Shown here: piece by piece, positions 1-13,803 of the stretch
Numbering within the stretch: the first letter of the stretch is position 1
Layout of the letters: every line of letters begins with the position of its first letter
Assembly: GCF_006345805.1 (NCBI RefSeq)
Contig: NC_043005.1
Location: forward strand, 50,096,001 to 50,160,000
Direction: 5' to 3'
Origin: Octopus sinensis
Taxonomy: Eukaryota
Length of the DNA: 64,000 bases
Program-made: the position numbers and the translations under genes
Notes under the pieces: generated by a model
What the model saw: only the letters and a program-made list of their open reading frames with translations
Database searches by the model: none
Told to the model about the DNA's origin: nothing

Positions 1-423
1 ATACCAATCTTGAGAAATTAGGCTCCTCAAAGCCAGAAAGGAGAAAGCTAATTTGAAGACAGATTCAATCCATCACTGGAACTGTAAAAATCTGTAAAAC
101 TATCAAGAAGTTTATAATTTACGTATATATGTGCATGTGTAGATATGTAACTATATGCATGAAAATACATACATAAAACATTAGAATACATACATATAAC
201 AAAGCATACAAATCTGCACACATACATACATACATACATACATACATACATACATACATACATACATACATACATACATACATACATACATACATACATA
301 CATACATACATGCATAACATATCATTTAAGGATATATGAGCATGTCTAGACATGCAACCATATGCATGAGAATGCATACATAAATCAAAACATACAAATC
401 TTCACATATACATACATACATGC

Positions 424-515
424 AAAATACCCTGTGGTTGATGTTGAAATTCCAGTGAAGAAATTCATTGGATCTAGGTTAGAAACTCGCTCTTGGCATG
501 AAATCTTGAAATAAA
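424..515 (+). repeat. Unclassified dispersed repeat abutting (CATA)n; inverted relative at ~31080-31180
   Basis: aaaataccctgt..tgatgt.gaaattcca.tgaag...gatctagg..agaaac...aaatcttgaaataa is shared between the two loci. Confidence 0.6.
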
Positions 516-553
516 ACTGAATAATGACATACATGCATGCATACATACATACA

Positions 554-586
<33 letters not shown>

Positions 587-627
587 GCAACATTGTTATT
601 ATCATCATAATCATCCTCCTCATCATC

Positions 628-684
<57 letters not shown>

Positions 685-2010
685 GTCAACAATTATTCTG
701 TGCTAATGAAAAGAAATAACCCAGAAATCACGATACACAGATATTGTTTTGAGCTGAGTTGGAGTGCTAGGTTCCCTTGTTTGAAATATAAGGACACAGA
801 TTGTGTTGTATAGCCAGCTGGAGACGATGTGTCCTAGGGCTAAATTACAGCAACATTAGTCCTAAACCAGGACTACCATGTTATGTTGGCAAACAATCTT
901 TACTACATTGTCATCATTATTTTATCATTTAGTTTTCCATGCTAGCATGGATTAGATGGAATTTATTGAAGCAGATTTTCTATGACAATATGTCCTTCCT
1001 GTTTTCATTGCCAGCCCTCACCTGCTTCCAAGTCAGGTAATATTTCCCCATGGTCAGACACATTCTCACAGAAAATCAGAAATGGAGGGCACTGTTTATA
1101 TGGCAGTGGTATTTATTTACAACCACATGATGGCGTTAGGAAGGACATCCAGCTGTAGAAACACTGCCAGATCCGACTGGCCTGGTGCAGCCTTCGGGCT
1201 CCCCAGACCCCAGTTGAACCGTCCAACCCATGCTAGCATGGAAAGCGGACGTTAAATGATGATGATGATGACATGATGACAAGACAAGGAGATAGTAATT
1301 CACTCACTCACACATGCAACACACACACACACACACACACACTCACACACACACATACACACACACACATACAGAGTTAAGCCAGTCTGACAGTGAAACT
1401 TCAAAGTTACTGTCAATAATATTCTTGTTTCAGAATGGCATGACTGTAGTAAGAAGCTTGCTTCTCAACCTCATGTTTCCAGGTTCAGTCCCTATGTGTG
1501 GCACCTTGGGCAAGTGTTTTCTACTATAGCCCCGAGCTGACGAAAGCCTTATGAGTGGATTTGGTAGACGGAATCTGAAAGAAGCCCATCATATATATGT
1601 ATCAATGTGCATATGTCTCTGCATCTGCATTTGTCCCCCCACCACTGCTTGACAACTGATGTTAGTGTGTTTACATCCCTGTTACTTAGTGGTTCAGCAA
1701 AAGAGACCAATAGAATAAGTACTAGACTTACAAAGAATAAGTCCTGGGGTCGATGTCTTTGACTAAAAACCCTTTAAGACAGTGCTCCAGCATGGCTACA
1801 GTCAAATGACTGAAACAAGTAGAAGAATAAAAGAATATATATATGATGGGCTTCTTTCTGTTTCCATAGTCCAGATCCACTAACAAGACTTCATTTGGCC
1901 CTGGGCTATAGTAGAACACAATTGCTCAAGGTGTCACACAGTAGGTTTGAACATGAATCCATGTGGTTGAGAAGGAAACTTCTTTTGCAGCCAGCCACAT
2001 CAGCATCTAT

Positions 2011-2049
<39 letters not shown>

Positions 2050-2245
2050 AATGTATCTGATTGTTTATTAGTTTCCGCCTACGTCTATTTCTAATTTTAC
2101 ATGAGTGTTGGGGGTGAGACTTCATAGAGCAGTAGTATTTCTAAATATATACATCCATAAATACATATACATGCTTACAATACATACATACATATGTACA
2201 TACATACATATATATGTGCATATATTTATACATATACTTATATAT

Positions 2246-2300
<55 letters not shown>

Positions 2301-2446
2301 TATACATACACACACACACATATATATATACACATACATATATACACATACATATACACACATACATATATATATACACATATATATATAAATATGTGTA
2401 TTATGTGTGTGTATATATATATATATGTATGTATGTATACACACAC

Positions 2447-2511
<65 letters not shown>

Positions 2512-4174
2512 CGAAGTATACGTCTCGCTTTTATCCTTCGAAACGTTTAGTAGATGAAACCTTAGCGACTGAAGAAGGGGATTTTTCGTTGTGCTTATTG
2601 TCCTGTATCTCTCTTTTTTTTTGCTTGTCTTGTTCCTTGGGTTGTGTCTATGTGTTTCGTCTCTCTATGTGTTCGACGTCTTTTGGTGCCTGTACACATA
2701 TATGCGTGTATATGTACATGTAGAGGTAGGTACGTACATATATGTTTATATATATGCATATGTTCTATTTTATTACATATATATATATATATATGTATAT
2801 ATATATGATATATGTATTATGTATATATATATATATATGTATGTATATGTATATATATATATATAATATATATATATATTATATATATATATATATATGT
2901 ATATATGATATATGTATTATATATATATTATATATATATATATAAGTATATATAAGTAGGTCAGAGAATGGTATTGATTCAGAAGGACCATACCATGCAG
3001 TTGGTTTCAGATTAGTTTAGTTTTTAGATATATTGATTGTAGCTGTGGTTGTATGGCTGCTTCAGGGAGACCACCGACCTTCTATTTGTATTGTATTCTA
3101 TTCTACCAATCTGACTGCTGATACCAATAGGTGACAGTAGTAGTAGTAGTGGAGGTGGTGGTGGTGGTAGTGGTTGAGATTGTGTTGGTGATGGTGGTAG
3201 TAGCTGTGGATGTGTTGCTACTAGTAGTGGTTTTGTTAGTAATGATTGTGGTGGTGGTGGTGGTAGTTGGTGGTTGTGGTGGTGATGATACTTGTGGTAT
3301 GGAGGTGGTAGTGGTTGTGGTGGGGTTGGTTGCGGTGGTGATGGTGGTGATGATAGTTGTGGTGGTGGTGGTGGTGGTGGTGGTAGTTGTTGTGGTGGTA
3401 GTGGTGGTTGTGGTGGTGGTGTTAGCAGTAGCATTAGCAACAGTAGTGATGGTGTTAGTTTTGGCAATTGTCGTGGTGGTGATCGTGTGCTTGTAGTTGT
3501 AGTATCTGTACTAGTGTTTGTGGTGATTGTGGTGATCATGGTGGTGGTGGTAGGACTTGCTGTGTGGAGTGTTGGTGACAATACTGTTGGCTTTAGTGGT
3601 AGTAGTAATGATAATGATGGTAGTGGTGGTGGTGGTGGTTGTGGTGGTGGTGGGGGTTGTGGTGGTGGTGATGGTGGTTGTGGTGGTGATGATAGTTGTG
3701 GTGGTGGTGGTGGTAGCAGTGGTGGTGGTGGTGATGGTGGTGCTGCTGTTGTTGATGGTGATAACAGTGATGACAAAGGTTTAATTATTGTTTGTAATCT
3801 TATCATTCTTTTATCTTTCAATTATTTCAGTCAGTACACAGAGGCCATGCTGGGGCACTGCCTTGAAGGGGATGCAAACACTCCAACATGAATTGTCAAA
3901 TGGTGATGGGGAACAAACATTGACACAAAGACACAGACATACACACACAATCTGTATACATATATTGTATGTGTTTGTCATATATATATATATATATATT
4001 TATGTATATATATTTATATATATATAAATCTATCTTTCTATCTATACGTATATACATACACATTTATATATATATATGCATAAATCTATCTATCTATACA
4101 TATATATACACACACAAACACACACACATATATATATAAATGTACATGTATATATATGTATATCTATCTATCTC

Positions 4175-4206
<32 letters not shown>

Positions 4207-4236
4207 ATCTATCTATCTATCTCTCTCTCTCTCTAG

Positions 4237-4271
<35 letters not shown>

Positions 4272-4286
4272 ATGTATGTATATATG

Positions 4287-4365
<79 letters not shown>

Positions 4366-4454
4366 CATATATTATATATGTATATAACATATATACATGC
4401 ACATATATATATATACATACATGTATATATACATACATATATATACATACATAC

Positions 4455-4537
<83 letters not shown>

Positions 4538-5411
4538 GTATATATATATATAATGGGCTTCTTTCAGTTTCCGTCCATTAAACCACCAAATCCACTCACA
4601 AGACTTTGGCAGGCCTAAGGCTATAGTAGAAACACTTGCCCAAGGTGTCATGTAGTATGACGGTACCTGGCACCAAGTGGTTGGGAAGCAAATTTCTTAC
4701 CACACAGTCACCCCTGTGCCTATCCATTATTACCTCTAACCGGGCAGCCCCATATTCAAAGGCATTCCAGTTATGACCATCTCACCTTTTCATTGATATG
4801 CAGGACTGGACTACATTAGCTGAATGTGTCATTTTTTTTTTACTTAAGGTGTTAAAGTGAGATTTGAGGGTGATGTGGCTCATATTTCCAGCAGATTGAG
4901 CAACCATGTAGGGGTCATATGTTGGTGTTGATGATGCCGATGTTGGTGTTGATGGTGGTGGAAATTATTGATATGTTGGTTATGGTGATGGCAACAATGA
5001 AGGTAGTTACCATGGAAACAATATTAGCGGTAGTGGTGGTGGTGGTGATGGTATGATGGAGACAGTAATTGTAAAAGAGCATTATTGGTAGTGTTGTCGT
5101 TGTTGGTGGTGGTGGTGGTGGTAGTGGTTGAGACCATAGTAGAAGTTATGTTTAGGGTTGCAGTAGTGGTAGTAGTAACACAGGAAGTAGTCATTGTAGT
5201 ATTGATGTTAAAGGTGATGGAGATGGTTGTAACACTGAATGTTTGGGTTGTTGTAGTAGTAGTAGTGGTGGTGGTGGTGGTGGCGGTGGTGGTTATAGTG
5301 GTAGTAGTAGTGGTGGTGATGGTGGTGGTGGTGGTTATAGTGGTAGTAGCAGTAGTAGTAGTGATGGTAGTGCTGGTGGTTGTTGTTGTGGTGGTGGTGG
5401 TAGTAGCAGTG

Positions 5412-5457
<46 letters not shown>

Positions 5458-5544
5458 GGGTGGTTGTAGTGATGGTGGTGGTGGTGGTGGTGGTGGCAGT
5501 AGAGAGGTGGTTGTCATGGAAACAGTATTAGTAATGTTGTTGTG

Positions 5545-5870
5545 AAGGTACATGGCTTAGTGATTAGGGCATTCAGTTCGCGATCATAAGGTTATGAGTT
5601 TGATTCCCAGTGGTGCACTGTGTCCTTGAGCAAGACCCTTTATTTCACATTATTCTTGTCCACTCAACTGACAACATTGAGTTGTACCTGTAATTCAAAC
5701 GGTCAGCTTTGACTCATTCAGTGTATCATGCTGAATTTCCCTGAGAACTATGTTAGGGGTACACGTGTCTGTGGAGTGCTCGGCCACTTGTACATTAATT
5801 TCACGAGCAGGCTATTCTATTGATCAGATCAATCAGAACCCTCATCATCATAACCGATGGAGTACCAGTT
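5545..5870 (+). mobile_element. tRNA-headed SINE (related copy on the - strand at ~29820-30145)
   Basis: Head catggcttagtgattagggc...gagtttgattcc. The shared body gtggagtgctc(g/a)gcca...ttaatttcacgagcaggct...tgatcagatcaa is found inverted at 29.8-30.0 kb. Confidence 0.75.
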
Positions 5871-6639
5871 ATTAGTGATCATGGTTAGGTTAGACGTTGA
5901 GGTTGTGGTGCAGTGGTGGTTGCGATGATGGTGATTATGGTGATGGTGTATAGAGATATGGAAGCAGTATTTTTAGTGAGGGATGATTGTGGTTGTAATA
6001 ATGACAATGATGATTATGATGATGATGCTGATGATGATGATGCGGATGATGATGATACAGATGTTGATGATGACAACAATGATGTTGATGATGATGACAA
6101 TGATGATAGTAATGATGATGATGGTGATGATGACGTTGATGACGACATTGACGATTGTGATGATAATGATGATGATGATGATGATGGTGATGATAATTAT
6201 GTTGATGGTGATGACAATGTGGATGATGATGACGATAGTAATGATGATGATGTTGATGACGACGATGATGGTGATGATGATGATGACGATGACGACAATG
6301 ATGACATCGACAACAACAACAATGACAATGATGATGATGATTATGATAATGAGGACAATGAAGATGATGATGATGTAGTGGTTCAAATTATAGCTCAGGT
6401 GGAGTCAGTTTCGAGTGGGGTTTTGTTTTATTATGGTGACAGAGAAAGGTTGATGCTGATGAAATGTTAGAAGGTGGCTTTTATAATCTGAAAGAATGGA
6501 CAAAATACAACTAAAGTTTACAGAAAAGTTTTCAAATGGTACCCTCTGACATATTTCCATATCATCTCTTTTTTTCCAGCTTTAGTAGAAAAGAGAAAAG
6601 GTGATATGTGTATCTTATCTACAGCCAGACACCATGTGT

Positions 6640-7320
6640 CTTCTCAACAGCAAGATACTTGTTCCTGTCCTGAAGAGTGGCTTGAGGCCAGATGTCATAC
6701 TCCATTCCAGTTCACCAAAACAAATGATCTTGATTGACCTCATCATGTTATTTCAAAGTAGAATAGAAAAAGCTCATGTATTCAAGACTGAAATATGTGC
6801 CAGTTGACCAACAACCTGAGGGAAGCAAACTTTCAAGTCAAGGTTTTGCCTGTTGATATTGGAGCCAGATGTTTTGTCAGCAAATCTGCTTATGCTCAAG
6901 GAAACATCTCTCAGTCTCTGAAAAGAACAGCACCAAAGCCTTAAAGGCTGAAACAGCAGAGAGATGTTCTGGCTGGATCTGGTTGAAGAGGAACAAAAGT
7001 GAAGGCAATATTTTTTTTTGTTTTAACACTAAGTGAAGTAACTCTGAGTGAGTCATTGTGATAGCATCGACGTTTCACTGCTACTATGACAACCAAGTTA
7101 TCTCATCTTTAAGTATAAGTTTGAAAACTGAGTCAATGGAGAGGAGTTCCAACTAGATGAAATCTCTAAGTGGGTTGTTTAGATTCATGTCTCCAATATC
7201 CAAGTGGTTAAAAAGTGTCAGCAGAAGGACACCCAGGAGTCATGATCTAGATGTGGCCTGGTTCCCTTAGAGTGTAAGAAGTTAAGGGCCAAAACACTAG
7301 CCTGATGGACTGTTTCTTCT
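6640..7320 (+). mobile_element. 3' fragment of an RLE-type non-LTR retrotransposon (HERO/NeSL-like), degenerate
   Basis: Frameshifted peptides GLRPDVILHSSSPKQMILIDL..RIEKAHVFKT, VKVLPVDIGARCFVSKS and AETAERCSGWIWLKR resemble the PD-(D/E)xK endonuclease tail of HERO elements (LRPDIVLWS..ELTVPWE..PVEVGCRGF..AERASRWLWLKR), recalled from memory. Confidence 0.7.
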
Positions 7321-7837
7321 CTGAAGACCTACTGTTCAGCTCTCTTGAGAGTTTCTTAGCATGACTTTAACCTCTCATCATCTGGCATAAAGCCATCTCC
7401 ATAATCAATTCAACGCCCACCTCAGTTGTGAGTTACTTGGTAATCTTACTGGTGCTGGTGCTACATAAAAAGCACCCAATACACAAGGCAATGTGGATGA
7501 CATTAGGAAGGGCATCCAACTGTAGAAACCATGCCAAAGCTGACACTGGTGTTTGGTGCAGTCCTCTGGCTTGTTAGCTCCTTTCAAACTGTGTAACTCT
7601 GCCAGCATGGAAAAAATGGATTCTAAATGGTGATGATGATGATGATGATGAGGATGACGACGACAGCAACTATAATGATGATGGCAACAATGATGACAAC
7701 TATGATGATGATGATGATGTTAGTGAAATGACTGATCCTTAAAGCAAAAAGAGTTCATGAAATAGCTGTTCCTTAATTCCTATTTCTCATGTAAATTGCT
7801 GATAATTGGACCAAAGAATCCTTAATCCTCATGGTAA

Positions 7838-8236
7838 ATGAAATGTGGTAAGTAGCTTGCTTATCCCCCACATGGTTCCAGGTTCATTCCCACTGCGTGG
7901 CACCTTGGGCAAGTGTCTTCTACTATTGCATCGGGCCAACCAAAGCCTTGTGAGTGGATTTGGTACATGGAAACTGAAAGGAGCCTGTCGTATATATGTA
8001 TATATAAATGTATGTGTGTGTATATGTTTGTGTGTTTGTGTTTGTCCCAACATCACTTGACAACTGATGCTGGTGTGTTTACGTCCCCGTAACTTAGTGG
8101 TTCGGCAAAAGAGACCGATAGAACAAGTTCTAGGCTTACAAAGAATAAGTCCTGGGGTCGATTTGCGTGACTAAAGGCGGTGCTCCCGCATGGCCACAGT
8201 CAAATGACTGAAACAAGTAAAAGAGAGTAAAAGAGA
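7838..8236 (+). mobile_element. SINE family A (tRNA-like head, CORE-like ccttgggcaagt segment, internal microsatellite, tail actgaaacaagtaaaaga); well-preserved copy
   Basis: Approximate other + copies: 1433-1830, 8893-9345, 10432-10575, 20677-21060, 21684-22185, 23235-23440, 36345-36570, 55555-55770, 57820-58200. Approximate - copies: 1845-2000, 4553-4722, 10665-10772, 19513-19880, 25083-25445, 29513-29815, 33608-33980, 44975-45445, 49075-49385. Confidence 0.9.
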
Positions 8237-9074
8237 AAGAGAGTATATTTTCCAGTGCTGAAGATACTCTGATCTCAAAGAATGTGCTCCAATTTTGATT
8301 TGGAAATTTTGAAAATATAATATAAAAGTAAAACAGGATTCCAACACTTTTACTTAATTTACTAAAATGCTTTATTTGTAGCTTGGCAATATATAAACCC
8401 TTCCACCAAGATCAACTTTGCCTTTCTTCTTGTCAGGATTGATAAAATCAGTACCAGCGGAGTACTGGGGTTCATGTAATCAAAATTGCTGGCCTTGTGT
8501 TAAAATTTGAAATTAATATATAAACTCTTTTGATCACTTTATAAATCTGCATTTTTATCTTTTACTTTAATAGTATGAAGATGGTAAGTTTAGCATAGAT
8601 ATTCCTCATTGAAAACAAAGCCTTGGAATTTTCTTAATTCTGGACTTAATTCTGTTGAGAAAACCAATTTTGCCCTTGTAGGAGGCATGAAAATGTTCTG
8701 TGACTTATTTCAAGTAAATATAACATCCTTGACTGGGAAATATGGTATTTGTTAATCTACAAGGCTCAGTGAAATAGTTAATCTTTAGTCTTTAATCCAC
8801 ATGAAACCAAATTTTTTATTAACTTTTAATTTTTTATCCAAAAGAATCTTAAGGCCTGTGCTTAATTCCTGTTTCTGGATAAAATGTTAGTTAGGTGCAG
8901 GTGTGGCTGTGTGGTAAGAAGCTTGCTTCCCAACCACATGGTTCCAGATTCAGTCCCACTGTGTGGTACATTGGGCACATTGGGCAAGTGTCTTCTACGA
9001 TAGCCTCAGGCCAACCAAAGACTTGTGAGTGGATTTGGTAGACAGCTACTGAAAGAAGCCCATTGTATATATAC

Positions 9075-9134
<60 letters not shown>

Positions 9135-10618
9135 TTATGTGAGTGTGTCTTTGTGTCTGTGTTTGTCTCCCCCACCCCCACCATTGCTCTATTGGCAAAA
9201 GAGACCAATAGAATAAGTACTAGGCTTACAAAGAATAAGTCCCGAGGTCGATTTCTTCAACTAAAAAAAATCCTTTAATGTGGTGCTCCAGCATGACCAC
9301 AGTCAAATGACTGAAACAAAAAAAAGAATAAATGAATAAAAGAATAGCTACCAATAACTATTCACAAGTTTGGTACTTATTCTTTGCAGGTGGTGAAGCT
9401 GAAAAATTGAGAATTATGTGTTCTTGCCTCATGAAATAAGCTGAACTGTTTTAGAATGCATGAACATCTGATTTCAGATAACCTGACAATATATTGTATT
9501 CTTTTTTTTCACATCTACAGAATGAAACTAAAGCCAGTAAAATTTTGGTGTTACTTTTATTTGTTCTATGTATATTTAACTGTAATAAGTTCATAGCTTA
9601 TGTAGCAAATTTTGAGCATATCGCAAAGAAACAAAAAAGTATATTGATACCATAAATGATGGATAAAGCTTTGATACTGTAAGTTATAGTATCAAAGTGA
9701 GCTGTGTCTGAAACCCAGTTTTTATCCTAGTTCACATATATTTCACATCATCTATGTTGCTAATGTGTTTTGGATCAGGTGTTATCATCAAGCAATCTCA
9801 GTTTTATGTGAAGTCATATAACCCAGCTGAAGGTGATTATGATATAGCTGTTTCAAAAATAATGATGTGCCACAGAACATACATACATGCATTTATTCAT
9901 CCATCTGTCCATATACATATATACATACATGGTGGTTGTCTACTCCCTATGCAGAGTCTGGCCACCTCGTGCACTTACACCTTAGATCTATCATGGCATT
10001 TGATGTTGGTCCTCAAAGAGCTGCAATTAAGTTCTGATTTTTGTGGATGTTAAAATGTCTTTTGAGGCCTCTGTTAGATTTGCAGATCTTACGGCATACA
10101 CAGTATTGAAAAGTGTGTACAGATATATACATACATACATAACAGGCTAGATATAATATTTTGGGAGAAACAAGAAAATGTATGCATCATCAGTGAGGTG
10201 AGCAACACTGCTGACATGAATATCTCTGCAAAAATCAAAGAAAAAGAGGATATCTATGGACAACTGTTTCAAAACCTTCAGCTTCTATAGCCAGAATATA
10301 AGTTCACATACCAAAAATAATTAGTGCACTTAGTTATGCTAGTAAATTCATAAGTGACAATTTGGAAATGCTTGGGCTTTTAGAAAAAGAATCAATGAGA
10401 TATCAGACACATTACAATCTGCGAGCAGCAAGGCATAGGAGTGGCTGTGTGGTGAGTAGCTTGCTTACCAACCACATGGTTCTGGATTCAGTCCCACTGC
10501 ATAGCACCTTGGGCAAGTGTCTTCCACTATAGCCTTGAGCCAACGAAAGCCTTGTGAGTGGATTTGGCAGACAGCCTGTTGATATATGTATATATATATA
10601 TGTATATATATATTGTAT

Positions 10619-10665
<47 letters not shown>

Positions 10666-10786
10666 TGGCCCAAGGCTATAGTGGAAGACGCCCAAGGTGC
10701 TATGCAGTGGGACTGAACCCAGAACCATGTGGTTGGTAAGCAAGCTACTTACCACACAGTGACTCCTGCGCCTAATATATATATCA

Positions 10787-10888
10787 TTTTTTCAGTCTGC
10801 AGAGATATGGCTAAAATTGACCCTGTTTATAATTATACCATATGTAACACAGGGCAAATTTTAGCCATTTCTCTGCAGACTGAAAAAA
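10787..10888. other. ~100-bp near-perfect palindrome (stem ~40 bp, loop ~22 nt)
   Basis: ttttcagtctgcagagatatggctaaaattgaccctgt pairs with acagggcaaattttagccatttctctgcagactgaaaa, with about 3 mismatches. Confidence 0.9.
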
Positions 10889-10917
10889 TTATGAACAACC
10901 TTAATTGATATATATTC

Positions 10918-10950
<33 letters not shown>

Positions 10951-10986
10951 ATATATAATATATAATATATATATATATATATATAA

Positions 10987-11021
<35 letters not shown>

Positions 11022-11043
11022 TATATATATATATATATATATA

Positions 11044-11081
<38 letters not shown>

Positions 11082-11180
11082 CATATATACATGTATATGT
11101 ACAGCATATATGTGCAGTGTATGTATGTGTGTGTGCGGATGTTAGTATTATATACAAATATATATTTTATATATGTAACT

Positions 11181-11214
<34 letters not shown>

Positions 11215-11439
11215 GTTCTTCAAATTTACATTAGTGCTAATATGTATATTTATGTTAATTTATGTAAAAGCAAATGGATTATGTAATCCATGCTTATCTC
11301 ACATAAATTAACATATATCAATCACATTCACTCACATTTCCAATATAAGGTTATACTGATCACTTTTATACTTTTATTTCTTCTTCCTTTCTCTTTTTGT
11401 TTCCTTTTTCTAGGCCATTCTTTTGGCAAGTGTGTGGTG

Positions 11440-11800
11440 TGTGTGTGTGTGTGCATGTATGTACACGTGTATGTGTGTGTACATGTGTATGTGTGTGTTT
11501 TGGAGTTCAGTATAACAATTATGTGCTTGCACTACTTCCTCTCACTCTCACCTCTCCTCTCAATCATTTCATTCATCTGTCAGGTATAGTGTTTGTGTGT
11601 GTGCGTGAGTGTGTGTGTGTGTGTGTGTGTGCATGTATGTACACGTGTATGTGTGTGTACATGTGTATGTGTGTGTTTTGGAGTTCAGTATAACAATTAT
11701 GTGCTTGCACTACTTCCTCTCACTCTCACCTCTCCTCTCAATCATTTCATTCATCTGTCAGGTATAGTGTTTGTGTGTGTGCGTGAGTGTGTGTGTGTGT
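11440..11800. repeat. 178-bp tandem duplication bounded by (GT)n
   Basis: ggagttcagtataacaattatg...ctgtcaggtatagtg is identical at 11502 and 11680. Confidence 0.95.
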
Positions 11801-13803
11801 GTGCATGCTCATGAGAGGGAACACCTCATTCTTTACTTTCTTTTCTTTTATTCCTCTTTTTCCATTCTTTTTCTAATATTTTCTTCCCTTTTTGGTAAGA
11901 CAGACTTAAGACCTATAAGCATGTGTGTATGTGTGTATGTATGCACACGTGTTTGTATATGTGTCTATGTGCATGTATGGATGTGCACATATTTGTGTGT
12001 ATGAATGTGTGCATATGCATGTGAGTGTGTATATATGTGAATGCATGTGAGTGCATATGTTTGTGTATGTGTGTATGTAAGTCTGTATGTCCATATGTTT
12101 GTGTATGTGGGTGCATGCGTTTATATATGTGTATGTGTACATGTATGTGTGTGCATGCGAGTGTGTGTATGTGTGCATGTGTGTGTGCAAGTGAGTGTGT
12201 ATGTATGTGTGCATATGTCTATATGTGTTTGTATATGTGTGTATGTGCAGGTATGAGTGTGTGTGTGTATGTGTGCATGTGTGCTTGTGCACACATATAT
12301 TTGTATATGTGTGTGTATGTGCATATACATGTTTATATATATGTGTGCACGTATGTGTATGTATGTATGTGTGCATGTGAGTGCATATCTGCGTGTTTGT
12401 GCGTGTGAGAATGTGTGTGTATGTGTATGTGCATGCATGTTTGTGCATGTGTGTGTGTGTATGTGCAAATATGTATATGCATGCATATGCACTTGCTAGC
12501 CCTTCTCGTCTTTAGCCTGGTGCTCTCCCTCACTGACATCAGCCGAAAGCTGGTTTGCAAGTTCAGCCAATTGTGTTCCCAAACAATCTGTCGTCAAGGT
12601 GAGATGTCCTTAATGACCATCCGGTTTTTTTCTTTCCTATTTGAGGAACTGACATTGGGGAGAAACTCCTGACTTAACAGGTTCTGGATTAACTTGAATA
12701 AGGAGATGATGAAGGAATTAAACAAATGGTGTGATACTGTGATAGAAGGGACTGCTTCTCCGTCTTCTATCCAACTCCTATGCATGCAAGAAAAGCAGAT
12801 GATGACGATGATGAGGAGGAGGAGGAGGAGGAAGAAGAAGGGGAGGAGGGGGAAACGGAAGAGGAGGATGATTGATGATGATGGTGATGATGATGAGGAG
12901 GAGGAGTAGAAAGAATAGGAGGATGATTGATGATGATGAGGAGGAGGAAGAGAAAGAAGGGGAAGAGGAGGAACTAGAAGAGGAGAATAATTGATGATGA
13001 TGATCGTGATGATGAGGAGGAGGACGAGGAAGGGGAGGAGGAGGAACTAGAAGACGAGGAGGAGGAACTAGAAGACGAGGATGATTGATGATGATAATCG
13101 TGATGTTGATGATGAGGAGGAGAAAGTGGAAGATGATTGAAAATGATGATGATGATGAGGAGGAGGAGGAGGAAAAAGAAGGGGAAGAAGAGGAAGTGGA
13201 AGAGGAGGATAATTGATGATGATGATGGTGATGATGATGATGAGGAGGAGGAGGAAGAGGAAGGGGGAGAAGTGGAAGAGGAAGATGATTGATGATGATG
13301 ATGATGATGACGATGTTACAAGCTGGGGAAAGCATAGTTATTTGCTATTATTATATTTTGTGTGTAAACCCTCAATGTGTTCAATTATACTTGCAGACTT
13401 TCTCTCTCTCTCCTCTCTCTCTCTTCTCTATAATATATAGATATATATATATATATATATAATATATATATGTATGTATGTATATATACGTATTACACAT
13501 ACACACACACACATATATATGCGTGAGTGTGTGTATATATATATTTACACACTCACACACACACACACACACATGTGCACAACACACTCTAAACTTGTCG
13601 TGTATTTATATATGTAGAACATATGTATTTATCTTGTTTCTCTCCTGATAGAGGGCACAAAATCTCTCCTGAAGAGAGGCAGAAGAAAGTGAAGTGGTAC
13701 AAAAGAGTATGGGAAAGATGAAAGGCATTGATGTGGTTGGTCAAGTGGAGTGAAGATCGACAAGATGAAAATGAAAGAGAAATCAGGAGAGCGTGAGGAA
13801 TAT

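Noticed and set aside
2510-2700. ttcGAAACGTT followed about 20 nt later by gaCTGAAGAagggg (type II hammerhead order)
   Set aside because: Stem I cannot be formed convincingly. It is probably a truncated PLE-like tail with only the 3' half of a motif, so it was not called as a ribozyme.
3024-3891. Pro-rich and Gly-rich ORFs on opposite strands (extensin- or keratin-like)
   Set aside because: A cryptic (GGT)n repeat gives open frames on both strands.
5913-6470. 185-aa Asp-rich ORF resembling an acidic biomineralisation protein
   Set aside because: It is a degenerate (GAT)n tract continuous with neighbouring (GGT)n repeats, with no signal peptide. The other frames are equally open.
10190-10400. 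Non-repetitive stretch with a short open frame (VSNTADMNISAKIKEKEDIYGQLFQNLQLL*)
   Set aside because: It is too short, with no recognisable motif or splice signals.
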